From a phage: a stretch of DNA of 64,000 bases. Location: the NCBI GenBank assembly GCA_024613925.1, contig GCA_024613925.1_4713.1; one strand, 5' to 3'. A program made the position numbers and the translations under genes. The notes beneath the pieces were generated by a model that saw only the letters and a list, made by a program, of their open reading frames with translations, was not told the origin of the DNA and ran no database searches. Position 1 is the first letter of the stretch; each line of letters opens with the position of its first letter. Shown one piece after another: positions 32,307-41,687 of this stretch.

Positions 32307-32939
32307 TCAAGACTTCACGACGCATTCGACTTCGTCGTTCATATAAGCTTCGTATAACGACAGCACTTCCTTCATTTTAATTTCAGGTAACGCAACGGAA
32401 CGAATCGCTTTCAGGATATTCCGTGTTTGATGGTGTTTAACCTTCGCTTCACGGGATTTACAGAATTGACGAATACAGGTATTAACCTTACCGCCTTCTG
32501 CACGTTCGAGGGCGACATGCAGTTTCAGGTCAAGTAATACTTCCGTGAGTTCCTGGGTGGCAGGATCGTTACGAATAAGCCGCACCGTCCGTTCATCTGG
32601 ATTCAGCATCTCGAGGAACTGAAGCTTGATCTGTTCGGGTACGGGTTTCGTGTTCATCATGATGGCATCAAGCTGTTCCTTAACACCCGGCTCATTGAAC
32701 ACGTAACGTTCGATGCTTACGACGTGTGCTTTTCCTGACTCGCCATAAACCGCCATCGCACGATAGTCATCAAACAACACAGCATACAACAAATCCTGTT
32801 CCGGTCCGATGGTACCATCCATGAGCTTCGGCGCATGCTTCTTCAGGAAGCCATAGCGAACAGCCTCATCCGGCATGAGCGTCCACGCATTAACGGGTTG
32901 CTTTACGAGTTCCATGTAACACCTCATCAAGATTATCAC
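32307..32939 (-). CDS. hypothetical protein
   Basis: 210-aa ORF. Confidence 0.5.
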   Translation of the reverse strand: MIILMRCYMELVKQPVNAWTLMPDEAVRYGFLKKHAPKLMDGTIGPEQDLLYAVLFDDYRAMAVYGESGKAHVVSIERYVFNEPGVKEQLDAIMMNTKPVPEQIKLQFLEMLNPDERTVRLIRNDPATQELTEVLLDLKLHVALERAEGGKVNTCIRQFCKSREAKVKHHQTRNILKAIRSVALPEIKMKEVLSLYEAYMNDEVECVVKS

Positions 32940-33210
32940 TTACACCTGGCGGTACCACGATACCAGTACGAATCACAGCAGCAACTTCCTGCATGCCTTT
33001 ACCCTTCAACGCATAGGTTTCATATACCGTATTACGACGCGTCGTTAACCCAACAAATTTACATACAACCATGTTGTTTTCTGAAAGGTAGGCGGTGTCG
33101 AGTTCACCGTGCAACAATTCTTTTTCTTTGGTGTCAATACCCAATAACGCAATTTGATAAGCTGAAAGTTTCCAATAACGCATGTTATCACCCAAACTGT
33201 TAAGAAGCAT
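32890..33210 (-). CDS. hypothetical protein (start probably downstream of track start)
   Basis: 106-aa ORF overlapping neighbour by 50 nt. Confidence 0.35.
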   Translation of the reverse strand: MLLNSLGDNMRYWKLSAYQIALLGIDTKEKELLHGELDTAYLSENNMVVCKFVGLTTRRNTVYETYALKGKGMQEVAAVIRTGIVVPPGVSDNLDEVLHGTRKATR

Positions 33211-33616
33211 CCTGTTTAATGTTGATGAGTATTTCCGTTCGAACCGGATTAGTCAGCACGGCACGCATGCGTTCAAGCATCATTGGGTTATCCGTAACCA
33301 CCACATCGGCGTAACACAACGGATGACTTTCGAACGCTTCGGTGTCACTTACTAACAGAACACCCATCACATTTACGTATTGCGGTATGCGACCACGAAT
33401 GCGTTGCCACATGTCTTGAGTAAGGTCCTCGCTTTCTAATGCAACCACGACAACAGGACTGATATTTACCGGGAAACGCGGATGCACCGTGCGGCGAAAG
33501 GTTACCCAGCTTTCGACGTGGGATAATGCAAGTTCGAGAGAACAGCACTTTGGAGAAATCTGTATGTTTATTTGCTGAATCAATGAAAGGGGGTTTTGTA
33601 CAGTCGCTTCAGCCAT
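33200..33616 (-). CDS. hypothetical protein
   Basis: 138-aa ORF, 1-nt gap to upstream gene. Confidence 0.45.
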   Translation of the reverse strand: MAEATVQNPLSLIQQINIQISPKCCSLELALSHVESWVTFRRTVHPRFPVNISPVVVVALESEDLTQDMWQRIRGRIPQYVNVMGVLLVSDTEAFESHPLCYADVVVTDNPMMLERMRAVLTNPVRTEILINIKQDAS

Positions 33617-34594
33617 TTACTTTTTCCTGAAAATTAATGTCGGTAAGCCGTTTCTTACAGCATAATACAACACTAAGAGGTTAATCTTGCCAGCGGATAC
33701 CGTAAGCATTTTACGACGACGTGGTAAACTAACCGGTACGGTAGATGCCATCGTTGCGCTGTTCTTGAACGTTTGGGAATAACGTCGCAGCGATGCTTCA
33801 CCTAACAATGGAAGGAACAGATCCTCAGTAAGAATATCATCGCAGATATACGTAATCGCAAGTAACGGCGGATTCCACTCGTTCAGGAACTCGAAAATCT
33901 CGTTTGCGATACCCAGCGCGTTATTGGGAAGCGGAACCTCACGAACGTATTTCTGATTGCCTTTATCCAGCAGGATTCTTGACATACAGTAATCGTGGAT
34001 TATACCCGAAATATCATCCGCTGTTTCTGCGCTCTGCATCAACGCCTGTGCTTCTTCCCAGGTCAGTTGACGTTTTGTTTCGTAGTAGGTTGGTTTCAAA
34101 ACCGCGTAAAAATCGTGGATTAAGCGACCAACGTCCCCGCGGGTTTTCTCCGCCAACGCGATCGCGTATGCTTTCTTCTCCGCATCCGTTAAGATCTGAT
34201 TGCGCCACAGCTCGTATTCGTCTAACAGCTCGGTATATTTAGCTGTCCATTCAGAGGAAAGATAATAACCAATACTGTCAATCAATGCGTGCGTTAAAAC
34301 ACCCAGACGCTCCCGTCTTGGATCGACCGACGGCTCATAGACAAAAGGTAGCTTCGGTTTTTCAAAGCCGCTGGCTACGACGGTATCTGAAAAAGCGTTA
34401 GCGAAAACACCCATCGGTTTCCACGACGTAAGGAGATCCTGATACAGCATTGGATGAACGTTATTAATCGCTGTGAGTTTGTCATCGAAAAGACTCACGC
34501 TTGGATGTTCGGCATTCGCAAGCTCAAAATAAATTCTTTCGAGCAATGCCTTTACCGCATCGCGTGTCTTATCGATTGGGCCAACAGAAGCCAT
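33617..34594 (-). CDS. hypothetical protein
   Basis: 325-aa ORF. Confidence 0.5.
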   Translation of the reverse strand: MASVGPIDKTRDAVKALLERIYFELANAEHPSVSLFDDKLTAINNVHPMLYQDLLTSWKPMGVFANAFSDTVVASGFEKPKLPFVYEPSVDPRRERLGVLTHALIDSIGYYLSSEWTAKYTELLDEYELWRNQILTDAEKKAYAIALAEKTRGDVGRLIHDFYAVLKPTYYETKRQLTWEEAQALMQSAETADDISGIIHDYCMSRILLDKGNQKYVREVPLPNNALGIANEIFEFLNEWNPPLLAITYICDDILTEDLFLPLLGEASLRRYSQTFKNSATMASTVPVSLPRRRKMLTVSAGKINLLVLYYAVRNGLPTLIFRKK

Positions 34595-34608
34595 GTAAAT
34601 TATCCTCG

Positions 34609-34875
34609 TTAAAAAGTACCCATGATCGATAGGGCAATATGGTCTTTGTTCGCACGCGCTTGTAACGACATATCAAGACCGCTTTTCTTAATATGCCAAC
34701 GTGCCACCAGTTCCGGTTGGTCAACGGAATACAGCCCTTCTCGATGTTGATTCAACCATTTAGCAATTGGATGCAATTTATCAGGATCGACCACACCCAA
34801 TTCCAACCCACCGGGTGTTAATGGTTTAGAATAAAAGTCAAGTGCGTTCCGTAAAAAGTCATCCTCGATGCTCAT
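34609..34875 (-). CDS. hypothetical protein
   Basis: 88-aa ORF; ATG overlaps stop of small upstream ORF (ATGA). Confidence 0.45.
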   Translation of the reverse strand: MSIEDDFLRNALDFYSKPLTPGGLELGVVDPDKLHPIAKWLNQHREGLYSVDQPELVARWHIKKSGLDMSLQARANKDHIALSIMGTF

Positions 34876-34988
34876 CGTAGCATACCTACCATGCCGATTA
34901 CAGCAAACAGTACGCCGACAGCGCTATACGCAAGCAGCGCTTTAGCAACCCAAGTTTTTATTTCTGTATACTCTTCATTATTCACCAT
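34872..34988 (-). CDS. small hydrophobic peptide (38 aa), below ORF-track size cutoff
   Basis: Hand translation MVNNEEYTEIKTWVAKALLAYSAVGVLFAVIGMVGMLR; stop overlaps next ATG. Confidence 0.35.
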   Translation of the reverse strand: MVNNEEYTEIKTWVAKALLAYSAVGVLFAVIGMVGMLR

Positions 34989-35065
34989 GTTTCACCTCGT
35001 TCGGCTGTTGTCTGATCTCATACCTTTACTTAAGCGTATCCCCCGTCATTAAGACGGGGTGTTTA

Positions 35066-35440
35066 TCACCAGAGACGATTACCTTCCTCGTCCCACCAAG
35101 CAATCGCTCGTGTCGACTCGAATGTGTTAGGGCGTAACGTCATGCCCTTGTGGTCAACGATTAACCGCAACTCAGTACCGAACCATTCAATCGAGATAAA
35201 CAAACCCTTCCGAATGATTGCTTGATAACCTGATAGCCGCTCAAAGAGTCGTTGAAAGATCTCATCGTGCCCACACGACACTAATGCTTCTGAATAGCGT
35301 CGCATCGATATTGCATCGCTAGGTAAGCGTGTTTTACAGTCCCACCATAACACAGCGTACATCAGTGCAGCATTACGCAATCGTAGCGATTGAACCGGTG
35401 TTAATTGTCGTCCTTCAACATCGTCGATAATAACGTACAT
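35066..35440 (-). CDS. hypothetical protein
   Basis: 124-aa ORF. Confidence 0.45.
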   Translation of the reverse strand: MYVIIDDVEGRQLTPVQSLRLRNAALMYAVLWWDCKTRLPSDAISMRRYSEALVSCGHDEIFQRLFERLSGYQAIIRKGLFISIEWFGTELRLIVDHKGMTLRPNTFESTRAIAWWDEEGNRLW

Positions 35441-35674
35441 TGCGTCTTATTCCGCACTTGTTTCCTTAACATGGACACATTCCGCATCGATAGTCACACC
35501 GGTAGAACGACTGGTCTCGTGGGTAGAATCAAATCCGCTGTTGAACAACATGGCGAACGTGTTATTATCCATACGAGCAAAGGTCTCCGCAATACGATCG
35601 GGATGAAAATCGGTGCGGTTGATGGTCGATTTCACAAAAACTCCTATAAACAATTTAATTATTGGTATTAAAGA

Positions 35675-36160
35675 TTAAAGCAGGATCTGCGGACAGCAGC
35701 ATGATTCGTAACCGCCTTCATGTGGTAACGTATTGCTGGTGTCAGGCCAAACAAGCTGAATACCTGCAACTTTTTTACCATATCGAGCGAAAGCCGCTAT
35801 CGCATACACTTCGTTGAAGGATTCAATATCCTCGATTTCGCGTACGTCAAGACGCAAGGTTTCACCCGTACCTTTCAGAGTTAGATTACCATCGAACGCG
35901 CCTAACGGGATGGTCTTTGCCTTCACCATGAAGTTACCCAGTTTGTTGATTGCTGAACCGAGGGCAGGGCAGTAACCGGATACGAAGATTTCCGGCATTC
36001 CGTATTCGGTTAGACCAACAGTATACATAAAGCCAGGCTCGTCGCTTCCCTCATCAGGAGCGACACTGATAATAGCCCATTGCTTTTTCTCGATATATTC
36101 TTCGATAAAATCGTCCAGTTTTGAAAAATTGTTTTCATTAAGTTTAACAGTGTTACTCAT
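35675..36160 (-). CDS. hypothetical protein
   Basis: 161-aa ORF. Confidence 0.5.
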   Translation of the reverse strand: MSNTVKLNENNFSKLDDFIEEYIEKKQWAIISVAPDEGSDEPGFMYTVGLTEYGMPEIFVSGYCPALGSAINKLGNFMVKAKTIPLGAFDGNLTLKGTGETLRLDVREIEDIESFNEVYAIAAFARYGKKVAGIQLVWPDTSNTLPHEGGYESCCCPQILL

Positions 36161-36446
36161 GTTCTTTATCCTTTAATGCGTTTTCTAACCAGCGGACATA
36201 ACTTTCACGATAAAGGTGAATGTGTCTTTTACCGTCGCGAAAGTTAGGGTCAATAAGATGAATCGCAGCATGGGTTGAAGTCATCGCATGCTGTAAATGT
36301 TTTCGTGTTAATCGCCCAAGTTTTACCCAGCGTTGAATATACCGTGCGTCTGCTGCTAAACAGGTACGTTCATCGATGAAGGGTACCAATACCTGAACGA
36401 TACTACCGTAATACACCATCGAGCTGTTGAACATCTGCGTCTCCAT
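36153..36446 (-). CDS. hypothetical protein
   Basis: 97-aa ORF. Confidence 0.45.
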   Translation of the reverse strand: METQMFNSSMVYYGSIVQVLVPFIDERTCLAADARYIQRWVKLGRLTRKHLQHAMTSTHAAIHLIDPNFRDGKRHIHLYRESYVRWLENALKDKEHE

Positions 36447-36464
36447 GCAAATGGATGGGGTGGA

Positions 36465-36773
36465 TTAGTGAAGAATTACTGTTTGCGACCCTTTCTCGTA
36501 TTCGGTAAGTAACTCGTCGTACCGACGATCAACTGCCTTGATTGCATTATCGATCTCTGTCATGTCTGATGCAACAGATCGTTTCGCTTCCAGTCGATAT
36601 ACTAACGCATCACGCATACCCTCGGCTGCAGCGAGTTCACAGGTTGCTTGATGTTTATTATCCGAAAAGATGAAGAATGGTTTGTTCTCTTCATCAGCCA
36701 GGAAGTAGTTACGAATCTCAACCAACCTTTCATCTGGAACCAGATCGCAATTGTTTTCGTTCATTCTCATCAT
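36465..36773 (-). CDS. hypothetical protein
   Basis: 102-aa ORF. Confidence 0.45.
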   Translation of the reverse strand: MMRMNENNCDLVPDERLVEIRNYFLADEENKPFFIFSDNKHQATCELAAAEGMRDALVYRLEAKRSVASDMTEIDNAIKAVDRRYDELLTEYEKGSQTVILH

Positions 36774-36778
36774 CTCTC

Positions 36779-37105
36779 TTAAAGTTTTAACGTGTTGACG
36801 CCGCTTATAAAGGCGTTGATTTCATTGTCGATGTCGCCAGTTTGCTCGATAATCTTCTCCACCATCAATCTTGGTTTGTTGTAAGCAATACTTACAGCAT
36901 CGGGACCATTTCCATACATGCTCGCGACGTAAATTCGAAGTTCTTTTAAACGATCGAGCAACAACTGCGCGATTTCCAGAACTTCTTCTGTGGCGGTCTG
37001 TGTGTTGCATTCGCGTAACTTGTGCTCTAACAGCGAAGTCGCAGCATCGAGCATGGATGTGTATTTACGATAGTTATAAATATCAATTATAGCTGTCTGA
37101 TTCAT
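36779..37105 (-). CDS. hypothetical protein
   Basis: 108-aa ORF. Confidence 0.45.
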   Translation of the reverse strand: MNQTAIIDIYNYRKYTSMLDAATSLLEHKLRECNTQTATEEVLEIAQLLLDRLKELRIYVASMYGNGPDAVSIAYNKPRLMVEKIIEQTGDIDNEINAFISGVNTLKL

Positions 37106-37116
37106 ACATACGCTAC

Positions 37117-37485
37117 TTATTTGTTAGGGTCTATTAGCGTCAGATACAACGTATACAGATCGGTAATCCCTTTTCTAATATACCGTGCTTGAAGACGTCT
37201 CATATCCCGGGTTTTATAAGGGAAATCAGGATCCATATACAAACGATAATTCGCTTTCATTAAAACCAACACATCCTCTATAAACCGAAGATATTGCTTG
37301 ATAGCTGGGTCTGTATCATACGCGTAATGGCGCGCCCCACCGAATCCCAATTCCCTGTTCAGCTCTCTTAGTCGTATCGATACTAATCCGAAATCAACAA
37401 GCTCGACGAGCTGACGTAAATTACGATTAAACCAATATCGATACCAAAATGACTGTATACCCCAACCAGTTCTATTTAACTTCAT
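37117..37485 (-). CDS. hypothetical protein
   Basis: 122-aa ORF. Confidence 0.45.
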   Translation of the reverse strand: MKLNRTGWGIQSFWYRYWFNRNLRQLVELVDFGLVSIRLRELNRELGFGGARHYAYDTDPAIKQYLRFIEDVLVLMKANYRLYMDPDFPYKTRDMRRLQARYIRKGITDLYTLYLTLIDPNK

Positions 37486-38116
37486 TGATACCTTCTATTA
37501 GTTGTACAGCAACTTCTTTTTCGGTGCTATAAAAGAACTTGCGGTGGAACTGAACAAGAAGCTTTTCGAATTTACATTGAACGATCTTTTTGCGTTCGAT
37601 GTGACCCAGGGAGAGCAAAGCACCCATGCAACGTACCGCTTGTTCGAGAACCTGTTTCGCGGTATCGTGATCGTCCGGTAACGGTAAATCTTCCTCGTCA
37701 TCTTTAGCGATAAGACGTCTAATGATGTTATCGATACGTATCTCATCACCGTTAATGAAAGCGCCTTTCTCCCACTCTTCAAATCGTTGATGGATTCGAC
37801 GTTGTAAGTTGGCCCTGTCTTCCATTAACTCTTTCAACTGGCTTTCTAAGTGGGATACGGTACGACGGTCGGTATCAGTGAAGTTTTCCGATTCTTTATA
37901 CCACCAATCATTACGCGCTTGTAGGTCATTGATGCGAGAAATCGTCCGACGACACTCGTTAACAAACACATCACCGTTCGATAGCCCCGTACCGAAATAG
38001 CATTTGTATTTATAACGCATAACACGGATTAAACGTTTCGCTAGAAAACCTTGTTTCTCCAGTTTCTTCTTCAGTTGTGCGTATTTCTCTTCTTTTGTTT
38101 CCGCGATATCTTTCAT
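37472..38116 (-). CDS. hypothetical protein (charged, probably coiled-coil)
   Basis: 214-aa ORF. Confidence 0.5.
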   Translation of the reverse strand: MKDIAETKEEKYAQLKKKLEKQGFLAKRLIRVMRYKYKCYFGTGLSNGDVFVNECRRTISRINDLQARNDWWYKESENFTDTDRRTVSHLESQLKELMEDRANLQRRIHQRFEEWEKGAFINGDEIRIDNIIRRLIAKDDEEDLPLPDDHDTAKQVLEQAVRCMGALLSLGHIERKKIVQCKFEKLLVQFHRKFFYSTEKEVAVQLIEGINEVK

Positions 38117-38460
38117 GCCATATTCTCCGTTATATGCTCTAAACTGTTACGTATACTTTTCAATCGATGGTTAAATCCGGAACGATAACATTTCCGTACA
38201 ACCCTTGGCGCTCGCACTTTATTCGCCTGATGAAGCTGTTCATTCACCTGCGACGCTATACGTAAACGTTCTAATAAAGACCTCAACCGAACGACAACCA
38301 ACGGTTGTTCTTTCACCTTCTCTAGTTTGAGTAAAGAGTCAATATGAAACTTTATATCGATAATCTGATTCCTGTTTTTGCGGTACTGATGAATATACCA
38401 GCATCGACGAAAATAAGTGATGCTAAGCATAGGGTAGATCCTCTTCAACGCTATCTTCAA
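38113..38460 (-). CDS. hypothetical protein
   Basis: 115-aa ORF, 4-nt overlaps both sides. Confidence 0.45.
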   Translation of the reverse strand: MKIALKRIYPMLSITYFRRCWYIHQYRKNRNQIIDIKFHIDSLLKLEKVKEQPLVVVRLRSLLERLRIASQVNEQLHQANKVRAPRVVRKCYRSGFNHRLKSIRNSLEHITENMA

Positions 38461-38648
38461 TAATACACCGGATTAGGCGCTTTATGGCATTTATAAATAC
38501 TTACTTTCTTCTGTCTGCCTTTACCTGGGCCACGTTTAACGCGTTTGTTATAAACACGATCCAAATATCGAGTGGCGATAAATCGGGATGAATATATCGG
38601 GTCGATATATTCTAGCGTACCTGCTTCTGTCACTTCGAGACATTGCAT
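38457..38648 (-). CDS. small basic protein with KRGPGKGRQKK motif
   Basis: 63-aa ORF; motif shared with ORF 21634..21861. Confidence 0.4.
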   Translation of the reverse strand: MQCLEVTEAGTLEYIDPIYSSRFIATRYLDRVYNKRVKRGPGKGRQKKVSIYKCHKAPNPVYY

Positions 38649-38673
38649 GCGTAACCTCTCTTTCCACTAAAAG

Positions 38674-38880
38674 TCAGTCCAACATAAGCCATGGCATCGC
38701 TTTCGCGATAGAATCCACCGCAGCATTTGCGATCCTTCGTTCAGTCGTTGGTACCACATGCGCCACGAACCGTTTTCCTTTATTGCAACCTTTCTTGTGT
38801 TTTCCTTTGACCAAACGAACACCAATCATGTCGTTGATAACATGATTTAGTATATGGCGCTGTAGAGAATTAATCATCAC
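38674..38880 (-). CDS. hypothetical small protein
   Basis: 68-aa ORF. Confidence 0.3.
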   Translation of the reverse strand: MMINSLQRHILNHVINDMIGVRLVKGKHKKGCNKGKRFVAHVVPTTERRIANAAVDSIAKAMPWLMLD

Positions 38881-39046
38881 TTTTACTCCAGGCAGAGAAG
38901 ATTCTCGGTTTTAGTTCTATCTGTCCGCATATCCAGGTGTATCTCCATTTACCTTTACGGGGACCTTTCTTATTTTTAACACCTATCAGAATACGATAGG
39001 GGTATGACCAGGCCATTCTAAACTCCTAAAATAAATCTCGATATTC

Positions 39047-39340
39047 TTAATGCAATTGCTTCTTAAAACCTAATTTAAGAAGCGTCATTCTCTTGTCGAT
39101 GGTATCCAATGCTTCCAGCAAGGATTCACGCTGTTCTTTCGTAAGCGTATCGACGCGTAGACGCTCGTTAATTCTCGTCTTAAGCTGTATATGCATGGTT
39201 TGTGTAAGTATGCTATCAGCTTCTATCTCGTAACTATTCTTCGGTGGGGGTAATGCTGCAATAACACCAACGAGATAACAACCGAGAATGGTCATTCGTT
39301 TATCCATTGCTTCTAGCAGCTCAGAACTTACTTCATCCAT
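39047..39340 (-). CDS. hypothetical protein
   Basis: 97-aa ORF. Confidence 0.45.
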   Translation of the reverse strand: MDEVSSELLEAMDKRMTILGCYLVGVIAALPPPKNSYEIEADSILTQTMHIQLKTRINERLRVDTLTKEQRESLLEALDTIDKRMTLLKLGFKKQLH

Positions 39341-39341
39341 G

Positions 39342-39617
39342 TTAATCCTCCATGAGTTCCTTTATTTCTTTTACGATCTGTGTAATACGCGACGGTGTAA
39401 AGCCGTACCGTTTAGCTATTTCCTTATTGCTCGTGCCATTTAAATGGTCGCGATATATCATTGCACGATTTAGTATTTTGATATCGTCAGAAAGTTCTAA
39501 TAGTCTAGCGACCTCACGATCGTCAAGTTTGTTTTTCGTGTTTAAGCTATGTTCTATTACGCTTAACTCAGCCTTACAACTCTTGATAAAATCACCAACG
39601 GTGGTAATAACTTGCAT
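39342..39617 (-). CDS. small HTH DNA-binding protein
   Basis: HLNGTSNKEIAKRYGFTPSRITQIVKEIK resembles sigma-70 region-4 / LuxR-type HTH; SD AGGTGA. Confidence 0.5.
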   Translation of the reverse strand: MQVITTVGDFIKSCKAELSVIEHSLNTKNKLDDREVARLLELSDDIKILNRAMIYRDHLNGTSNKEIAKRYGFTPSRITQIVKEIKELMED

Positions 39618-39636
39618 AAATCACCTATTTCCGTGT

Positions 39637-39660
39637 TGCGGGTGGATGCGCCCACCCGCA
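39637..39660 (-). terminator. hairpin tgcgggtgg atgcgc ccacccgca downstream of thyA-like gene
   Basis: 9-bp perfect stem. Confidence 0.55.
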
Positions 39661-39668
39661 TCGTTAAT

Positions 39669-40688
39669 TTACACCGCCACCTTAGCCTTGATAGCCGGAT
39701 GTGATTGATATCCAACGAACACAAAGTCTTCGTAACGGTAATCCGTAATACTTTCCGGTTTACGTACGATTGTTAGCTTCGGTAATGGGTACGGCTCACG
39801 ACCGAGCTGCTCTTTAACCTGTTCGAAGTGGTTGTGATAGATGTGGCAATCCCCACCCGTCCACACGAACTCACCAACGTCCATATTCAGCTGTTGGGCA
39901 AGCATATGCGTCAGCAACGAATATGATGCGATGTTGAACGGTGTTCCGAGCAACACGTCCTGTGATCTGGCTAACAGCATACAAGACAAGGCACGTGTTG
40001 GTACGTTATGCGCATTCAACCAAAGTTCCGTTTCACTATGTCGTACATCATCCGTAACCCACTGAGTTCTTAATACGTCGTTGCGTTGAACATAATCAAC
40101 GCGTTCATCGACTGTGAGTTCGTGGGTATAGAACTGATAGAAACTGTGGCATGCGGGAAGCGCCATATCGTCTAAATCGCCTACGTTCCACGCGCTAACG
40201 ATGATCCGTCGAGAATCAGGATCTTCTTTAAGCTGATGTATCACGTTTGCAATCTGATCGTGAGGTTTAACATACACGAGGTGTTTTAGCATACCGTCAT
40301 TAAGAATGCCGCAATACTCATAGCCGCGTTGCATCAACTCACGAGTACGTTCTGTATCGTGCGGAACAACCACTTTGTAGTCGATCCATTCCCGCCATTG
40401 TTTGCCGTAAATCGGTCCTAGATTCCCTTCTTCGTCAGCCCATTCATTCCAGATACGAACACCGTTATCTTGAAGATAAACAACGTTTGTGTCACCGTTA
40501 AGAAACCAGAGCAGTTCGTGGATAACGCTCTTAAGGTGAATCTTCTTGGTGGTTACCAGCGGGAATCCTTTCTTCAAGTCAAAACGCATTTGACGCCCGA
40601 ATACGGAACGGGTTCCGGTACCTGTACGATCGGCCTTATCGCGACCATTATCCATGATGTCTTGCAAAAGGTCCAAATACTGTTTCAT
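39669..40688 (-). CDS. thyA: thymidylate synthase family protein with ~55-aa insertion after the active-site Cys motif
   Basis: [21 protein letters not shown] (PCH active site), [31 protein letters not shown]; 339 aa vs ~264 aa typical. Confidence 0.7.
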   Translation of the reverse strand: MKQYLDLLQDIMDNGRDKADRTGTGTRSVFGRQMRFDLKKGFPLVTTKKIHLKSVIHELLWFLNGDTNVVYLQDNGVRIWNEWADEEGNLGPIYGKQWREWIDYKVVVPHDTERTRELMQRGYEYCGILNDGMLKHLVYVKPHDQIANVIHQLKEDPDSRRIIVSAWNVGDLDDMALPACHSFYQFYTHELTVDERVDYVQRNDVLRTQWVTDDVRHSETELWLNAHNVPTRALSCMLLARSQDVLLGTPFNIASYSLLTHMLAQQLNMDVGEFVWTGGDCHIYHNHFEQVKEQLGREPYPLPKLTIVRKPESITDYRYEDFVFVGYQSHPAIKAKVAV

Positions 40689-40897
40689 TTTAATCCTCTA
40701 AGTGTTTCGAGTAGTTCCTGAAATTTATAACGATATTTAGGATTGCTTAACGTGTAACAGCAACCATGTAACACGTTATACGCGTAATCAACTTGTAAAC
40801 CACGAACCTTCGGATCCAATGATAGATTCAACGGCGCATTATCAAAAATCCATGCTTCAATGTTCTTCTTGGATTCCTTCGTTAACATCGTTTTCAC
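40685..40897 (-). CDS. hypothetical small protein
   Basis: 70-aa ORF; 4-nt overlap with thyA start. Confidence 0.45.
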   Translation of the reverse strand: MKTMLTKESKKNIEAWIFDNAPLNLSLDPKVRGLQVDYAYNVLHGCCYTLSNPKYRYKFQELLETLRGLK

Positions 40898-41019
40898 CTC
40901 GTCGTAAAAGTAAATAGAGTTTTGTCGAGACGCCCTAATTACTTACAACGTCGGTTCTCCTGGCTTCAGAGAATTCTTAAAATCCGTTAGTTTTGATGGA
41001 CGGGATATGGCAGCATAAA

Positions 41020-41040
41020 AGCCTCCCATTACGGGAGGCT
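41020..41040 (-). terminator. GC-rich hairpin agcctccc atta gggaggct, followed on minus strand by TTTTATGCTG
   Basis: 8-bp stem. Confidence 0.55.
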
Positions 41041-41052
41041 CCATCAATCAAC

Positions 41053-41601
41053 TTATTTCACGAGAACAGCGAATTCGAGAACGTAAATAATTTCGTCATC
41101 CATCGGATTTGTTGTGGTATAGCCAGCAAATTGATAACCCATATCCGCGATAAAATCGCTAAGTTTATCAATATCGCCTACATTGATACGATCGTCAACA
41201 GACAGACGACATTTACGGGTTATGCCGCATCCGCGAGGAACGCAAGATAACACAGTTAGGAAATGCGCGATCTGGTTATTGGTTGCGAACTGTGCATAAT
41301 CGTCGTAGCGTTTAAGGTCTTTCATCACAGACTCTACTGTCATACGGCGACCAGGTGACACGTACTCAGAATAAGAATAAGCTGCGATCGTGCGGCGGTC
41401 TTCAGTTAAGTAAGTGTTCCCTTCAGGATGATAACTCTCGATTGTTCCGTCTTCATAGGCGACGGTCACAACAGGTGCGCCGTACTCGTCGCGACCAAAA
41501 TCAATTTTACATTTATCCGAAAGCGGTAGAACTGTACAAGGCTTTGCGTTGTTCTCATCTGGAAGATCGTAACCGCTCATCATTTTCAAAAACATAGACA
41601 T
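41053..41601 (-). CDS. hypothetical protein, paralog of 41688..42221
   Basis: Shared motifs NNAKP and TIAAYSYS/TIATYAYS. Confidence 0.5.
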   Translation of the reverse strand: MSMFLKMMSGYDLPDENNAKPCTVLPLSDKCKIDFGRDEYGAPVVTVAYEDGTIESYHPEGNTYLTEDRRTIAAYSYSEYVSPGRRMTVESVMKDLKRYDDYAQFATNNQIAHFLTVLSCVPRGCGITRKCRLSVDDRINVGDIDKLSDFIADMGYQFAGYTTTNPMDDEIIYVLEFAVLVK

Positions 41602-41653
41602 AATAGAACCTCATGATAATAGATAATAGAAATGATAGATAGTACAACAAATT

Positions 41654-41677
41654 GAGGGGGTATTATCCCACCCCCTC
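41654..41677 (-). terminator. hairpin gagggggt attatccc accccctc
   Basis: 8-bp stem. Confidence 0.5.
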
Positions 41678-41687
41678 GTAGGGATTA

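Noticed and set aside
41005-41019. TTATGCTG after hairpins as start codons of micro-ORFs
   Set aside because: The ATG in these motifs usually opens only a few codons and has no SD. In two cases (39617, 47331) a real start codon coincides, which is more likely incidental overlap of a conserved flank with translation starts.
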